A stretch of 64,000 bases of DNA from Felis catus. Taxonomy: Eukaryota. A program made the translations under genes and the position numbers. The stretch is from positions 77,936,001 to 78,000,000 of the forward strand of contig NC_058368.1 of NCBI RefSeq assembly GCF_018350175.1, read 5' to 3'. The stretch's first letter is position 1; every line of letters starts with the position of its first letter. Positions 37,882 to 49,928 of this stretch are shown one piece after another. A model generated the notes under the pieces. It was not told where the DNA came from. It saw nothing but the letters and a program-made list of their open reading frames with translations, and made no database searches.

Positions 37882-40800
37882 GCAATAAGCAAACACAAAC
37901 TCACAAATAGTGATGTTAAAGTGATAAGTAACAACTTTTAAGTAGACGCTAACTTTCCATTAAAATAATAATTATACCATATTCACTTCATTGGGCAATT
38001 CTAACAGAGAATCGTAGACCCTAAATGATATTTTCTTAAATGTTACCATGGAAGTAGTTTACACTAAAATGTCATAAAATAAAATATTTAAAATTAGATA
38101 ATATTTAAAATTAGAAAATAAACTTCCTTAAGGAGTATTTAGTTTATTAAAAAGCTAAACAGTACTAAATTTGAAATAACTGATTTTTAAAATCGGTTCT
38201 ATAATGTAGGGTAACCAAAAAAAAAAGCGACAGAGAAAGCCTCCTTTAAAGGGTGCATCCTAGAGTTCAGAGGTGCAGGTCTGATGGGTGGTAAGTTTAA
38301 TTGGGAAGCCTCTTGACTGAGTGATAAAACAGAGCAGAAATTGATTAATCTCTGTGAGTTACAATGCTGTGGGAATGTGCTATTAAGCATTCCAAAGCGG
38401 CAACTTCATTTCCTCCGGGGCAAAGCATACTTAGAAAGGAAAGCTGCTCTCCCATAAAATAATCTATTTTGTAGGCTTAGGAGGTTTTAGCTGGATGACA
38501 TACCTTAACCTTCCTGGAGTGGGTAAATTATTGTTCAGACTCATAGCAAAATACCAGAGTGTGTTCCAATAATATTTCACATGGCTTTGCCCAAGGTAGA
38601 GGTAAAAGAGAAGTCGCATTTGTATTCTTACGGAAGCCTTCTTTCAGGTTAAAGATAATAAGAAACTGACCTTGAAGAATATCTCTGTTTTGTAAAGAGT
38701 TGGAGGACATTATTTAGATTTTAAAAAAATAAATAAATGACAGCTCTCTGGTGCCAAACAACTGGTCTTTGAATTAACCACAAATAACTAACTGAGTTGA
38801 GTATTTTACTTTAAAGCCACCTATTTATTTATCAATTACAAGATTGGATCAAGTTACCTCATACAAGTACAGGTTACAGAACTATAATAATTAATTATTC
38901 CTTAAAACAGACCTAATTAATTTTAACAGAACCTTTTACTGTATGTATCGCCTGCTCAATGGTATTGAATATGTATGAATGCAAATCCTATTAAGGCACT
39001 ACCTTATAAAATAATTATGTCTCAGATGTTAAATCATGATGAGAAATATACTGCAGAAATTCATAGATATTATCCTCTGTGAATGGTTGCCCGCCTCAAA
39101 ATAACTTAAAGGAAACTCAAACTTACTCAATGCTCTGTTATTGACTACAAACACATTATACATATGTATATACACTTTATTTATGATTTAAATTAATCTC
39201 AAATGAAATTGATGTAATCAAGGCACACGGAATTTTTGAACATGTATCAAAAATATAAATTTTAAATTTTGCAAAATATATTTACTTCTATTATCCTATC
39301 AGTGTTGATCTTAGAAAAACAGTAATATATGAAATAAAGGCTTAATCATTGCTACATGGTACACAATGAAACAAAACTATTAAATGACTTGAATTTAGTA
39401 ATTTATAGCATGTCAGATATTTTACCTGTGTATCCAACATAGCTTCATTACACAAATTACACAACACTTTTTCTTTTCTTCTACATTAGAATGCCAACCT
39501 ACAAATTTTCTAATTATCTTTCACAGTTGTATTAGCCAGCATTTAGACTGGCTATACCTTAGTACTATGGTTTAATAAGATGAAAGCAGATTTTTATGAG
39601 ATTCATAGTTGCTTTTTAAAGCCAACTAGTTTATGTTCTAAATCCTTCCAAAGAGATTCCAGATTCCTAACAATTTGTTCATAGTCAACTTGCCACCTTT
39701 TAGATAAACAGTCCACACAAGAACAAAGCTTCTTCCTTAGGAAATAGTCCTTCTGGCCCCAGCTCTCTCTCTGGCCATCTGCCCTTTGGATGTTTGTCCT
39801 CTTATCGAAGGCCTTTCCTAGAATATTGACACATTTCTGACTTCTGCAAGTCTTATTACTTTTCTAAGGTTTATAGTCATTTTTTCCAATTTTTAACTGG
39901 CTTCTGCTTACAGGTTACCAACGAACTTCAGTCCTTGATTCTTCCAGACCCCAAAACTATTGTTCAAATTCTAGGCAGCAAAATAAAAAATCTTTCTTGT
40001 TACTGTTTTAACTTAAACAAATCTGATCATGACAAAAACAGTGGAGACTTCTTGAAAATTCTGAACAGACGATGAATAAATACAATGCTATTATTTGCCA
40101 AAACTTGAAAAATTGAAGCATTTATGGTCAGCTGAGCTTCAATAAAAGTTCCAAGAACACACAATAGGGAAAAGACAGTCCCTTCACTAAATGGGGCTGA
40201 GACTGGTTTTCCACACGCGGAGGAATGAAATTGGACCCTTAGCTCACTAAAATCAAATCACCATGGATTCAAGTCTTAAATGTAAGACCTGAAACCATAA
40301 AACTTTTCGAAGAGAACATAGGGGAAAAGCTTCTTGCCATTGGTCTGGATGATGACTCTTTGGACGTGATCCCAAAAGCTCAGTGAACAAAACAAAAACA
40401 GACAAATGTTATTGCATCAAACTAAAAACCTTCTGCACAGCAAAGGAAGCAACAGAGTGAAGAGGCATCTACAGAATGGATAAAAAATGTGCAAACCATG
40501 TATCTGATAAGGGGGTTAATACCCAAAATATATAAGGAGCTCAAGCAACTCAACAGTAAGAAAACAACCCCGATTAAAACATGGGCAATGGATCCGAACA
40601 GACATTTCTCAAAGGAAGACATGCCACCAGACACATAAAAAGGGGCTCAACATCAACGAGTAGCAGGGAAGCGCAAATCAAAACCACGAGACATCACCTC
40701 AGACAAGTTAAGACAGCTATTATGAAAGACACAAAAAGATAACAAATGTTGAAGAGGATGTGAAGAAAAGGGATCCCTGGTGCACTACTGGTAGGAATGT

Positions 40801-41333
40801 AAACTGGTACGGCCATTATGGAAAGAATATGGTGATTCCTCAAAAAGTTAAAAAGATAGAACTACCATAGGATCCAGAATTTCCATGTCAAGGTACATAT
40901 ACGAAGTAAACAAAATCAGTATCTCAAAGAAATATGTGTATTCCTGTGTTCTGTTCACTGCAGCATTATTCATAATAACCAAGATATGGAAACAACCTAA
41001 ATGTCTATCAGTAGATGAATGGTTCAGAAGAAACACATATACAGTGGAATATTATTCATCCCTGAGGAGGCAGGAAATCCTGCCATTTGTGACAAGATGG
41101 ATGAAACTGGAAGACATTGTGCTAAGTGAAATAAGTCAGACAGAGAAAGACAAATATCGTATGATCTCACTTATATGTGGAACTTTTTTTAAAAAGTCAA
41201 GCTCATAGAAGCAGAGAGTAGAATAGTGGTTACAAGGGGCTAAGGTTTGGAAAGAAATAGGACGATGTTGGTCAAAGGGTATAAACTTGCAGTTGTGTAG
41301 GATAAATAAACCTAAATATCTAAAGACAGACAT

Positions 41334-41556
41334 GGGGCACCTGGGTGGCTCAGTCAGTTGAGCGTCCAACTTCAGCTCAGGTCATGATCTCACAGTTTGT
41401 GACTTCGAGGCCCCCCATAGGATTCTGTGCTGACAGCTCAGAGCCTGGAGCCCACTTTGAATTCTGTGTCTCCCTTTCTCTCTGCTCCTCCCCTGCTCAC
41501 ACTCTGTCTCTCTCTCTGTCTCCTTTAAAAATAAATAAACATTCAAATTAAAAAAA
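41334..41556 (+). mobile_element. Feline CanSINE inside the L1 3' UTR
   Basis: SINE body; gacat(g) on both sides. Confidence 0.95.
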
Positions 41557-41593
41557 TTTAAGTATGGACATGATGACTATACTTAATAACACT

Positions 41594-41848
41594 GGGGCGC
41601 CTGGGTGGCTCAGTTGATTAAGCGTCTGACTCTTGATTTCAGCTCAGATCATGATCTCACAGTTCGTGGGATCAAGCACCACATCAGGCTCTGTGCTGAC
41701 AGCACGGAGCCTTCTTGGGATTCTCTTTCTCTCTCTCTCTCTCTCTGTTTCTCTCTGCCCACTCCTGCTTGTGCTCTCGCTCTCTCTCTCTCTCTCTCTC
41801 AAAATAAATAAATAAACTTAAAATAATTTCATCCCAAAATATTTAAAA
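41594..41848 (+). mobile_element. CanSINE inside the L1 3' UTR
   Basis: TSD taata(ac/at)act. Confidence 0.95.
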
Positions 41849-42799
41849 AATAATAATACTATATACACTCATCACACAGCAAAATATGCGAACTGCGAGA
41901 AGATGTTACTTTGCCGGTAGTAATCATTTCACTCTGTATATTTATATCAAATCATCACATTGTACACCTTAAGTATATAGAATTTTTATTTTTAAAAACC
42001 TCCTCGTGAAAAAATGTTAAACAGATGATGAAGAAATACAATGCTGCGTTTGCCAAACCTTAAAACTAGCAGAATTTTTTTAAAGTACACAAAATTGATT
42101 CAATTTTCATTTATGTCAAGGCAAATGAAAAAATGACACACTATTGATACACAGAATACGTTCTATGAGGAGTTTTATATAACTTTTCTGCTCAAATTCT
42201 TTTGACAGCCTGAAGACATTGTAAATAAACTTTACAAAGATACAGCACCCTTATTTTTAAAGTTTTCAACCAATGCCAACACTGGGGCCAAATTAACAGG
42301 ATATAGATGAATACAAATAAATACAAAGTGTTGCCTTTAGGTTTAAAAAGTTAGTTGCACCAATAAAGATGTGGAGTAGCAGCTCTGGGAATCTGGATGT
42401 AAGGTGAACAAAGAGATTGGAGAAGCCAACAGAAAAGAGCTGACACAGCTCGTGGCTGCACGGACACAAGGGCACATCCAAACAGGAGAAGACTACATTG
42501 AGGAGTACCGTGTTCAGTTCTGATTGGACGTTTTCATAAGAGATATTTACAAAATAGAGGCCACACCAAAGAGTGCTTTCAAAATGTTGGTCTCTGCTGA
42601 CCACGAGGACATTTTCTCAAATCCAAGGAACCCTTTGAGAAAAATAAGAACTATATCGTTCATAGTTTTCCTACATATGACAAAATTAAGTTGTCAAATA
42701 GGGGTTGTTTCATTGTGAGATTATTTTCTTCCTACTTTTTAAGTGAAATTTATATCTTTATTTATGCAATAAAAATGAAATTAGGTACGCGATAGTGAT

Positions 42800-43002
42800 T
42801 TTTGTTTAAGTTTGTTCATTTATTTGAGAGAGAGAGAGAGTGCAGGAGGGGCAAAGAGAGAGGAGAGACACGGAATCCCAAGCAGGCTATGTGCTGTCAG
42901 CACAGAGCCCGATGCAGGGCTTGAATTCACAAAACGTGAGATCATGACCTGTGCCAAAACCAAGAATCAGATACTTAATCGAATGAGCCACCCAGGCACT
43001 TT
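42800..43002 (-). mobile_element. CanSINE
   Basis: Antisense body; gatagtg TSD core. Confidence 0.94.
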
Positions 43003-43119
43003 GATAGTGTTTTTTTAATGCAATCATCTGTGAAACTTTTGATCTGATTTGAATTTATTGGTCCATTAGATTGAAAAGTCTGGGAACTAGTCCAAAAACT
43101 GATACCAGAATATTTGGAA

Positions 43120-43122
<3 letters not shown>

Positions 43123-43169
<47 letters not shown>
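43123..43169. repeat. (CA)n microsatellite, ~23 units
   Basis: Directly visible. Confidence 0.99.
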
Positions 43170-43170
<1 letters not shown>

Positions 43171-43669
43171 CTGAGGTCTAAGTAGAAGGAAAGGATGTGT
43201 TCTCAATTTCTTAATTTGGGAGTCGGGGTTACAAACAAGCAGATCACTGGGTGATTTTCTTCAGATGTCCAATCAACTCAAGACATAAAGAGCTTTCCAA
43301 AAGCTGTCTTGAAAATTTTGGTGAAAAAAACCTGTCATTACATGAATTTAAGCGAAACCAGCAGGGAAATCATGAAGGAATCAGAAAGGATTTCTGTCCT
43401 TTGTATGAAAGTAGAGATGTCTCTCAATGACGTTTTCATTCTGAGACCACGTGAGTTTGTAGTTCACTACAGTCAGAAAAGTCTGCACATCTGCCTTCTA
43501 AATTCACTGGACTGTTTCCATCTACCAGTATTCACAAGAATAATGTCTTCCTACACCTAGGCTATTAGAAAGGGTAGAAGATGTGCATATTGTGGTGTCG
43601 AGTCAACCAGAATACTTGGTCTTCCATTTTTGGTATTTGTTTAAACATCATTTTATTTTTCTGGGATTT

Positions 43670-43992
43670 TGCCATTTCACTCCACGGCTCATCATTTTTG
43701 GTTTTCTTGTCTTTGTTCACACTGTTGCTTCCAGTTGAAATGCTCTTGCTTTTTTCTACCTGGTGGAGTGCCTCGTATCTTTCAAGGTTCAATTAAATAC
43801 CAGTTTATCCAAGAATGTCTTTTTGATTACCCTGTCCAAAAGTAATCAGGAGCTCTTTTGTTGCATTTCATTCCAAAGTGATTTCTGTTCAACTTATTTT
43901 GCATACTAGATTATAAATGCCCAGAAAGCAGGAACTGTTCTCTACTTATCTCTGTAACTGCCACAGCTCCTATAATGAACTTCGGTTGATAG
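43670..43992 (+). mobile_element. L2 LINE remnant
   Basis: ttgttcacactgttgcttcc...gaaatgctctt, ttcaaggttcaattaaat and actagattataaatgcccagaaagcaggaactgt are L2 3' motifs. Confidence 0.65.
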
Positions 43993-44208
43993 ACAAAACT
44001 ATTAGCTGCTCAAAATTAATCCCAAATATGCTTGAGTGCACGTGTATTTGCACACATATGTATATGTATATACACACAAGGGGGAAGTTACAGTCTACCC
44101 TATACTTAGGACTAACCCGAAGTTACAACTGGTCGCATTTGTCAGCATATAAAATATTGTTCAGGACAACCCGGAGCCCTGTTACTTAAGTAATAAAAAG
44201 TAGATCCA

Positions 44209-44424
44209 GGGGCGCCTGGGTGGCTCGGTCAGTTAAGCGTCCGACTTCGGCTCAGGTCATGATCTCACGGTCCGTGAGTTCGAGCCCCGCGTCGAGCTCT
44301 GGGCTGACAGCTCAGAGCCTGGAGCCTGTTTCAGATTCTGTGTCTCCCTCTCTCTCTGCCCCTCCCCTGTTCATGCTCTGTCTCTCTCTGTCTCAAAAAT
44401 AAATAAACATTAAAAAAAATAAAA
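44209..44424 (+). mobile_element. Feline CanSINE (young)
   Basis: TSD aaaaagtagatcca. Confidence 0.97.
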
Positions 44425-44840
44425 AAAAAGTAGATCCAGCTAATTCATTTGGCCAAAGTTTTTATTTATATATAATTCTATGACACTTTTATAGAATTCT
44501 ACATAATATAGAGATGTGAAAAGTAAGGAAAAATGGGTCACAACCGAGGAAAACACAAACCTACTTTCAATGATATTTAGGCTTGTTATACACAGAGTAT
44601 GTAATGAAATCTTGCTTTCCAGGTACCTAAAGACATTGCGTCTAATTGTCACAATATCACATCTGTGTGACCTCAGAGTAAAATCTGCATCTTCCAGGTG
44701 GAAGCTAGAAGACTTTTTTGTGTGTGAAAAATATTAAATTATTTCTCTAGGGGCTCTAAATTTCCCAACAAGAATGGCAGTGTTTCAAACCCAAATAGTA
44801 ATTCACATTAACGAAGAGTACATTTCATTGAGATGTAGAA

Positions 44841-44938
44841 CACTGCTCAAACTTTAATGTGCATAGAAAACATCAAGGTAGAGTTTCTTATGAATTCCAA
44901 CTTTGACGTAGTAGTTCAGGGCAGCACCTGAATTCTGC
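44841..44938. mobile_element. MER5A-type hAT-Charlie MITE, left half (split by the PIH1D2 retrocopy)
   Basis: ctcaaactttaatgtgcat...cctgaattctgc matches the first half of the recalled MER5A consensus. Confidence 0.75.
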
Positions 44939-46362
44939 TTTGCAAAACTTTTGTTTTTAATTCCTCATGTGACAATTTGCTAGAGATAAAAAACGTTGTT
45001 TTGTTTTGTTTTGTTTTTCCAATGGGAAAGCCAAGAATTCTTACATGTTACCTGGAAACAAACAGAATTTCCCCAATGATATCTGGTACTTTAAGACCAT
45101 GAGAAATACCTTCAAAAGAAGTGTATCATGACGATATCATGTTTAGTAGTGTCTGCTTCAGGCCAAGATTGAGAGGGAGAAAGAGTGAGTTTAAAACAGA
45201 AGAGATAAAGATAAACCGTTGATGAGAAAACATCAGTGAAAAAGAACACTTAGAAAATATGACACTAGTGTTTAAGATAAACTACCTCTTTACCCATAAT
45301 GAAGGTCCCGTAATTCACAAGACAGGTGGCAGGAAAGCATCACGTGAAAAACCCAAAGCAGATGATCCTCTTGACTAACACCAATGGCACTGTGATGACT
45401 AATGTAGTCTTCTCTTTGATAAATTCTGCGGTAGTCATTTCAGTATGCATATTCTGGAAGGCTCAGATGCAATCTGTACTTCTCAGAGAGCTAGATCAAT
45501 AAGTCCTCCTCGGAAACACTAAGGTCACAGAGATACTGAATTACCACTAGGTAATTCAACTTCTATTTCAATTTGCAGAGGTTTCTCATTCTGATAAACC
45601 ACAATTTTTAATCCATAGGCTGGTGGTCTCTTCACCTCCACCTGGATCTCTGTACTGGAAATCTCCTCTATCAGACAACTTGTTTGGCTTGAAACTTGGT
45701 CTTCTGGTAGTAAGAGCTGAGGACAGTGATCTCAGTGGCTCACAGGACTGCTTCTTATGCGTTCAAGGATCAGCTCCTTTCCCTTTTTCTCTCCTAAACC
45801 CGTAGGGTCAGTTTGGATTCTGATTTTGTTTCACGCTTTGGATGCTTCCTTTGATTCTAAATTTAGGAATACTGTAAGAGTGTGAGAGAATACACTGGAA
45901 TTCCTCAATGCATTTCATGGTCATCTGTATTAACTGATCTTTTTTCACGTGGTGCTTTTCTGCTGCCTGGAGGACACCAGGATTGTAGGCAACGTCAACA
46001 ACTGTATAAACACGCAACGTCTCAGACACAGCGGCTGGCCGGCCGGCACTTAGAGGTGCTGGATGAGTGGTTGACTGGGGAGCTGGGGCCCTTTCCAACT
46101 GACAAAGTTTGATAGAAAGGATTTTCTTCTTTCGTTTTGGGGACCCTGGTTTGTAGACAGAGAGCTGCGGTTCTGGGGCAGAATAGAGCCATCTCCCCTC
46201 TTCCAGCGGCTGTTGAGTGAACTGCTCACGGCTCTGGTGTTGCCTCCGGCCGGCACGTCTGGGAGGCTCCGGAGCTCACTGACCTGAGCAAGCAGACCCT
46301 TTCAGGATGAGCCCGGGATTCAGATACATGGGCCGTTTAAGTCTCGTCTCTTGGTCTGTTGC
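44939..46362 (-). pseudogene. PIH1D2: Processed pseudogene (retrocopy) of PIH1 domain-containing protein 2: full-length CDS remnant (~46316-45376) plus short 5' and ~430-nt 3' UTR
   Basis: Minus-strand translation gives colinear, intronless blocks KGLLAQV, APEPQL, APQSTTHP, YTVVDVAYNPGVLQAAEK, LIQMTMKCIEE, KFRIKGSIQ, CLIEEISSTEIQVE, SEKYRLHL and FIKEKTTLVITVPLV, matching mammalian PIH1D2 as I recall it. Start codon is lost, with in-frame stops (TGA 46302-46304, TAG 45491-45493) and frameshifts. ATTAAA signal at 44956-44961; TSD CCTGAATTCTGC at 44927-44938 and 46363-46374. Confidence 0.92.
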
Positions 46363-46441
46363 CCTGAATTCTGCATTTTAAACAAGCTTCCCCCATGAAA
46401 CAACGTTGCTGGTCCACAGACTGCACTTTGGGGAGCAAAGG
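46363..46441. mobile_element. MER5A-type MITE, right half
   Basis: ttctgcattttaaacaagcttccc...gctggtccacagactgcactttg...agcaaagg continues the consensus exactly where the left half stops. Confidence 0.75.
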
Positions 46442-46549
46442 TGCAGATTGGACTCACACTTGAATCTGTCATAACCAAATACTAAATCTGTTTAATATCA
46501 ATGCATATAAAGCATAAACACAAAAATACGTATAAAACAGAAGTAGGTA

Positions 46550-46716
46550 GGGGGCGCCTGGTGGCTCAGCTGGCTGAGCTTCTGATTCCTGGTTTGGGCT
46601 CAGGTCCTGATCTCCTGGGCTCAACCCCCACATCAGGCTCCACACTGACAGCATGGGGCCTGCTTGGGATTCTCTCTCCTTCTCTCTCTCTCTCTTCAAA
46701 ATAAACTTTTTAAAAA
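46550..46716 (+). mobile_element. Older CanSINE
   Basis: ggggcgcctggtggctcag head and short (CT)n. Confidence 0.92.
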
Positions 46717-47320
46717 TGTATACAAATCATGATGGACATTATTTTAACATAAAATAAATGTTAGCCCAGGAAAGCCTGACACGGCTTTTGTAACCTCACA
46801 ACTGTCACCTTAAAACATACATGCCTAACTATACTGAACACCTCCAAGGATCCGCCACCATTTAAATTATTCCTTGTGGCCCATAAACCATGGATATCAA
46901 TTTTCACAAGAACGTCACAGGTCTGAAACAATCCCCTAAGGCACAAGGGAAGAGGGTGAGTGAGCCGTGAAAGCAACAATTAACCTCAGTAAGCAGATCC
47001 ACACTTTGCCTTTTTGCACGGTAAACAAGGGCGGATGCCCCAGCGCACTGCAAAATTAATTGTTTGGTCGCAATCAAAGGTTTAAGGATCAGATTTTGTT
47101 ATAATGACATTAGGCATAGTGGTCAGACAAATCTTCACAATTAGTCTCGTGACTTCTTTGTTGCGTTATCGTAAGTTTCATTTACTAAGTTCATATTCAA
47201 GGCTACAAACTGGCATGTGTGTCTTAACTTCTAGTTGTCCATCATTATAAATGTGCACTCAAAGTTTTGTAAAGGAAAACATTACATGCAGATGTAACAC
47301 GGGACTAAAGACTTATGTGA

Positions 47321-47482
47321 GGGGGCGCCTGGGTGGCTCGGTAAGTTAAGCTTCCGACTTCCGCTCAAGTCATGATCTCATGGTTCACAAGTCTGAGCCC
47401 TGCATCAGGCTCTGTGCTGATGGCTCAGAGCCTGGAGCCTGCTTCAGATCCTGTGTGTGTGTCTCTCTCTGCTCCTCCCCCA

Positions 47483-47527
<45 letters not shown>

Positions 47528-47550
47528 AAAAATAAATAAACCATCTAAAA
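47321..47550 (+). mobile_element. Feline CanSINE
   Basis: Head, body, (CT)n and tail present. Confidence 0.95.
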
Positions 47551-48221
47551 ACTTTTTTAACTGAAAACAAGACAAGTTAACACAAAAGCCTTGCACTACA
47601 CAAGCTCTGAGATGATTCCAGATGTGGTCTGTGCCTTTAAACCAGGAACAAGGCCATGGTGAGGCAGTACGTGTCATGTGAAGCCATCACAGATAAAAGC
47701 AGCACAATCCAGGTGAAGATGTATGAATACATCTGAATTAGCAGTAGGGAAAGAAGACATTCCGCAGATGTTGTCGTGGTGGGAGAAAGACTGGACATCA
47801 CTGTAATGGAGGCTTCATTTGGGAGAAATACCAATTTGGAGGAGAGGGAGAGCAACATTACGCACAGCTTCACATTCTGCTAAACAATGTGCTTTTTCTT
47901 CCTTCAACAGATAACTACTGAAAGTCTATTTGAACAGCAAGGCACTAGATCTATAAAGAGGCAGGCCCTGATACTAAAAAACTTGCAATTTTGTCTAACG
48001 ATAGGAAAGAGTTCTTGTAGATATACACAGCTGTACATATCACTATTCCCAAAGTATCTCTTTCAACAATTCTGGAACACTTAGGTCAGTGTATGTTTCT
48101 GTGTAGGAACACACTCTCTAGTCTGAGAAAGACTGAGCATGACTGATAGGAATAATGTCAGTTGCCTGGTGGGGAACCACAGAGGTCTCAGAGCAGCGGT
48201 ATGAAGGATGCTTGTCGGGGT

Positions 48222-48448
48222 GGGGGGGGGGCCTGGATGGCTCAGTCAGTTGAGCACCTGACTTCTGCTCAGGTCATGATCTCACGGTTCGTGGGTTCAA
48301 ACCCCGTGTCAGGCTCCATGCTGACAGCTCAGAGTCTGGAGCCTGCTTGAGACTCTGTGTCTCCCCCTCTCTCTCTGCCTCTCCCCTGCTTGTGCTCTGT
48401 CTCTCTCAAAAACAAATAAACGTGAAAACAATTTTTTCTTTAAAAAAA
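48222..48448 (+). mobile_element. Feline CanSINE
   Basis: TSD gaa(g/a)gatgcttgt. Confidence 0.95.
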
Positions 48449-49489
48449 GAAAGATGCTTGTGGGTTTTGCAACAGACTCTGTCTTATGCTGAGGAGTCAA
48501 TGGATGAAGAAGGAAGAGCAAAGTGCAAGTCGGGGGGGACAATTACCGGCAACAGTGTCTTGAGGAGACTCCTTTATTTTGGTAGAAGTGGGTAGAGGTA
48601 ATGGGCACATGTGTGTCTCTCATGTCCTGCACACGGGTCTGGCTCTCCTGAATCTGGACCCATATTCCAATTAGTGCAGGAGACCACGTGCCAAACAGAA
48701 GCCATCAGCCAACACTCCGTGTTTTCTCTGTCCTACCGGCTCAGCACCTCCACCCGTCCATGCTCTCTGTTTGGAGCCTAAATTAGCTACCTTCAATGGC
48801 ATTTATTTTTGCCCCTCTCTTTCAGACTTCATTGCTGGGAACTGCTGATCTCTCCCTAGGGGGCCCGTCACTCTTACCAGAGTGTCTTCCGCTGAACCCT
48901 ATTGCCTCTTTCTTCCTGCTGTGTCCTGAGGGGAACGGAGAAGATATCCAGAAACCGCTATGCTCTTTAGTTTATGTAAAGCCAGAGCAGGCTTCCAGCA
49001 AGAACTTCTGTGTCATTTTCAACATTCTAGAGGGTGAACTATCTCTCTCGTAATAACCTATAATTCTACTAAAATACCAAACTATTCCTCATTCCAATCA
49101 GCAACTATTTATGACTAAGATAGAAATATGAAATAAATATATTTGACATAAACTTGTCAATAAGACACCAACATAATTCTGTTGACTTAAAAAGGAAAAC
49201 GATTTTCATATCTTTGAAACACAGCAGGGGAAGACAATAATTTAAGCAAAACATTAATTTTGTAGTAACTCTGTTTATAATTCCTGTCTATAACATTGAG
49301 TCCCATCACCATCGTCCAGTTAATGAAAACGGAGGGCCACTATGAGGTTATATCTTCGGCACACACAATTAGTTCTTATATTTTCTTGCTTTCCTAAAGC
49401 AAAGATTACCACAAAAAGGAGATCGATGTAGACTGTACAACATTGGCAAATCCTTCCATATACGACCGGGTTTGGTTGTTGTTACTATT

Positions 49490-49928
49490 TGTTAAGGGTT
49501 GAATTGTTTCCCCTGCCAAAAAGAAAATGTGTTGTATTTCTAACCCCTAGTACTTCCGAATGTGTTGAGATTTGGAAATAGGGTCATTGCAAACATAACG
49601 TCAAGATGAGGTCATATCAGAGTCGGGTGGGTCCCTTATCCAATGTGACTGTAGATGACCATTGTAAAGACACAGACACACAGGAGATGCCAGGTGAAGA
49701 CAGAGGACTGGAGTGAAGTAGCTTACGAGGCAAGGTAAACGTGGGCACGACCAGAAGCTAGGACAGAGACTGGCCAGATTCTCCCTCAAAAGCCTGTGAA
49801 AGTATCAACCCCGCAAACAACTTGACATTGGGCTTCCAGCTTTCAGAATGGTAAGACTATACATTTCTGTTCTTTTACCCCATCTAGTTTATGACACTTT
49901 GTTACAGCAGTATAAGGAAACTAACATA
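49490..49928 (+). mobile_element. Solo MaLR LTR (MLT1B/C-like)
   Basis: Starts tgttaagggttgaattgt, contains ttggaaatagggtc, aagatgaggtcata and cagattctccctca, and ends tttgttacagcag...ggaaactaac. Confidence 0.9.

Larger units (their letters stand above)
40115..41998 (+). mobile_element. 5'-truncated LINE-1 (3' part of ORF2 plus 3' UTR, L1MA-like), interrupted by two SINEs
   Basis: Typical ORF2 3' motifs (gcatcaaactaaaaaccttctgcacagcaaagga; ttcactgcagcattattcataataaccaagatatggaaacaacctaaatgtc; ctaagtgaaataagtcagacagagaaagacaaata). Translation FTAALFIITKIWKQPKCLSVDEW...WMKLEDIVLSEISQTEKDKY. 3' UTR ends tgtacaccttaa...ttttatt. Confidence 0.93.

Noticed and set aside
2233..38116. Short tandem duplications (2233-2256, ~16538-16582, ~25026-25066, ~27586-27636, ~38083-38116)
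   Set aside because: Ordinary slippage duplications with no sign of function.
39121..39160. 18-nt minus-strand microexon-like pattern (39127-39144)
   Set aside because: Poor pyrimidine tract and weak exonic donor bases.
43565..43792. Lys-rich minus-strand ORF that looks exon-like
   Set aside because: Largely the reverse complement of an L2 remnant, with weak splice sites.
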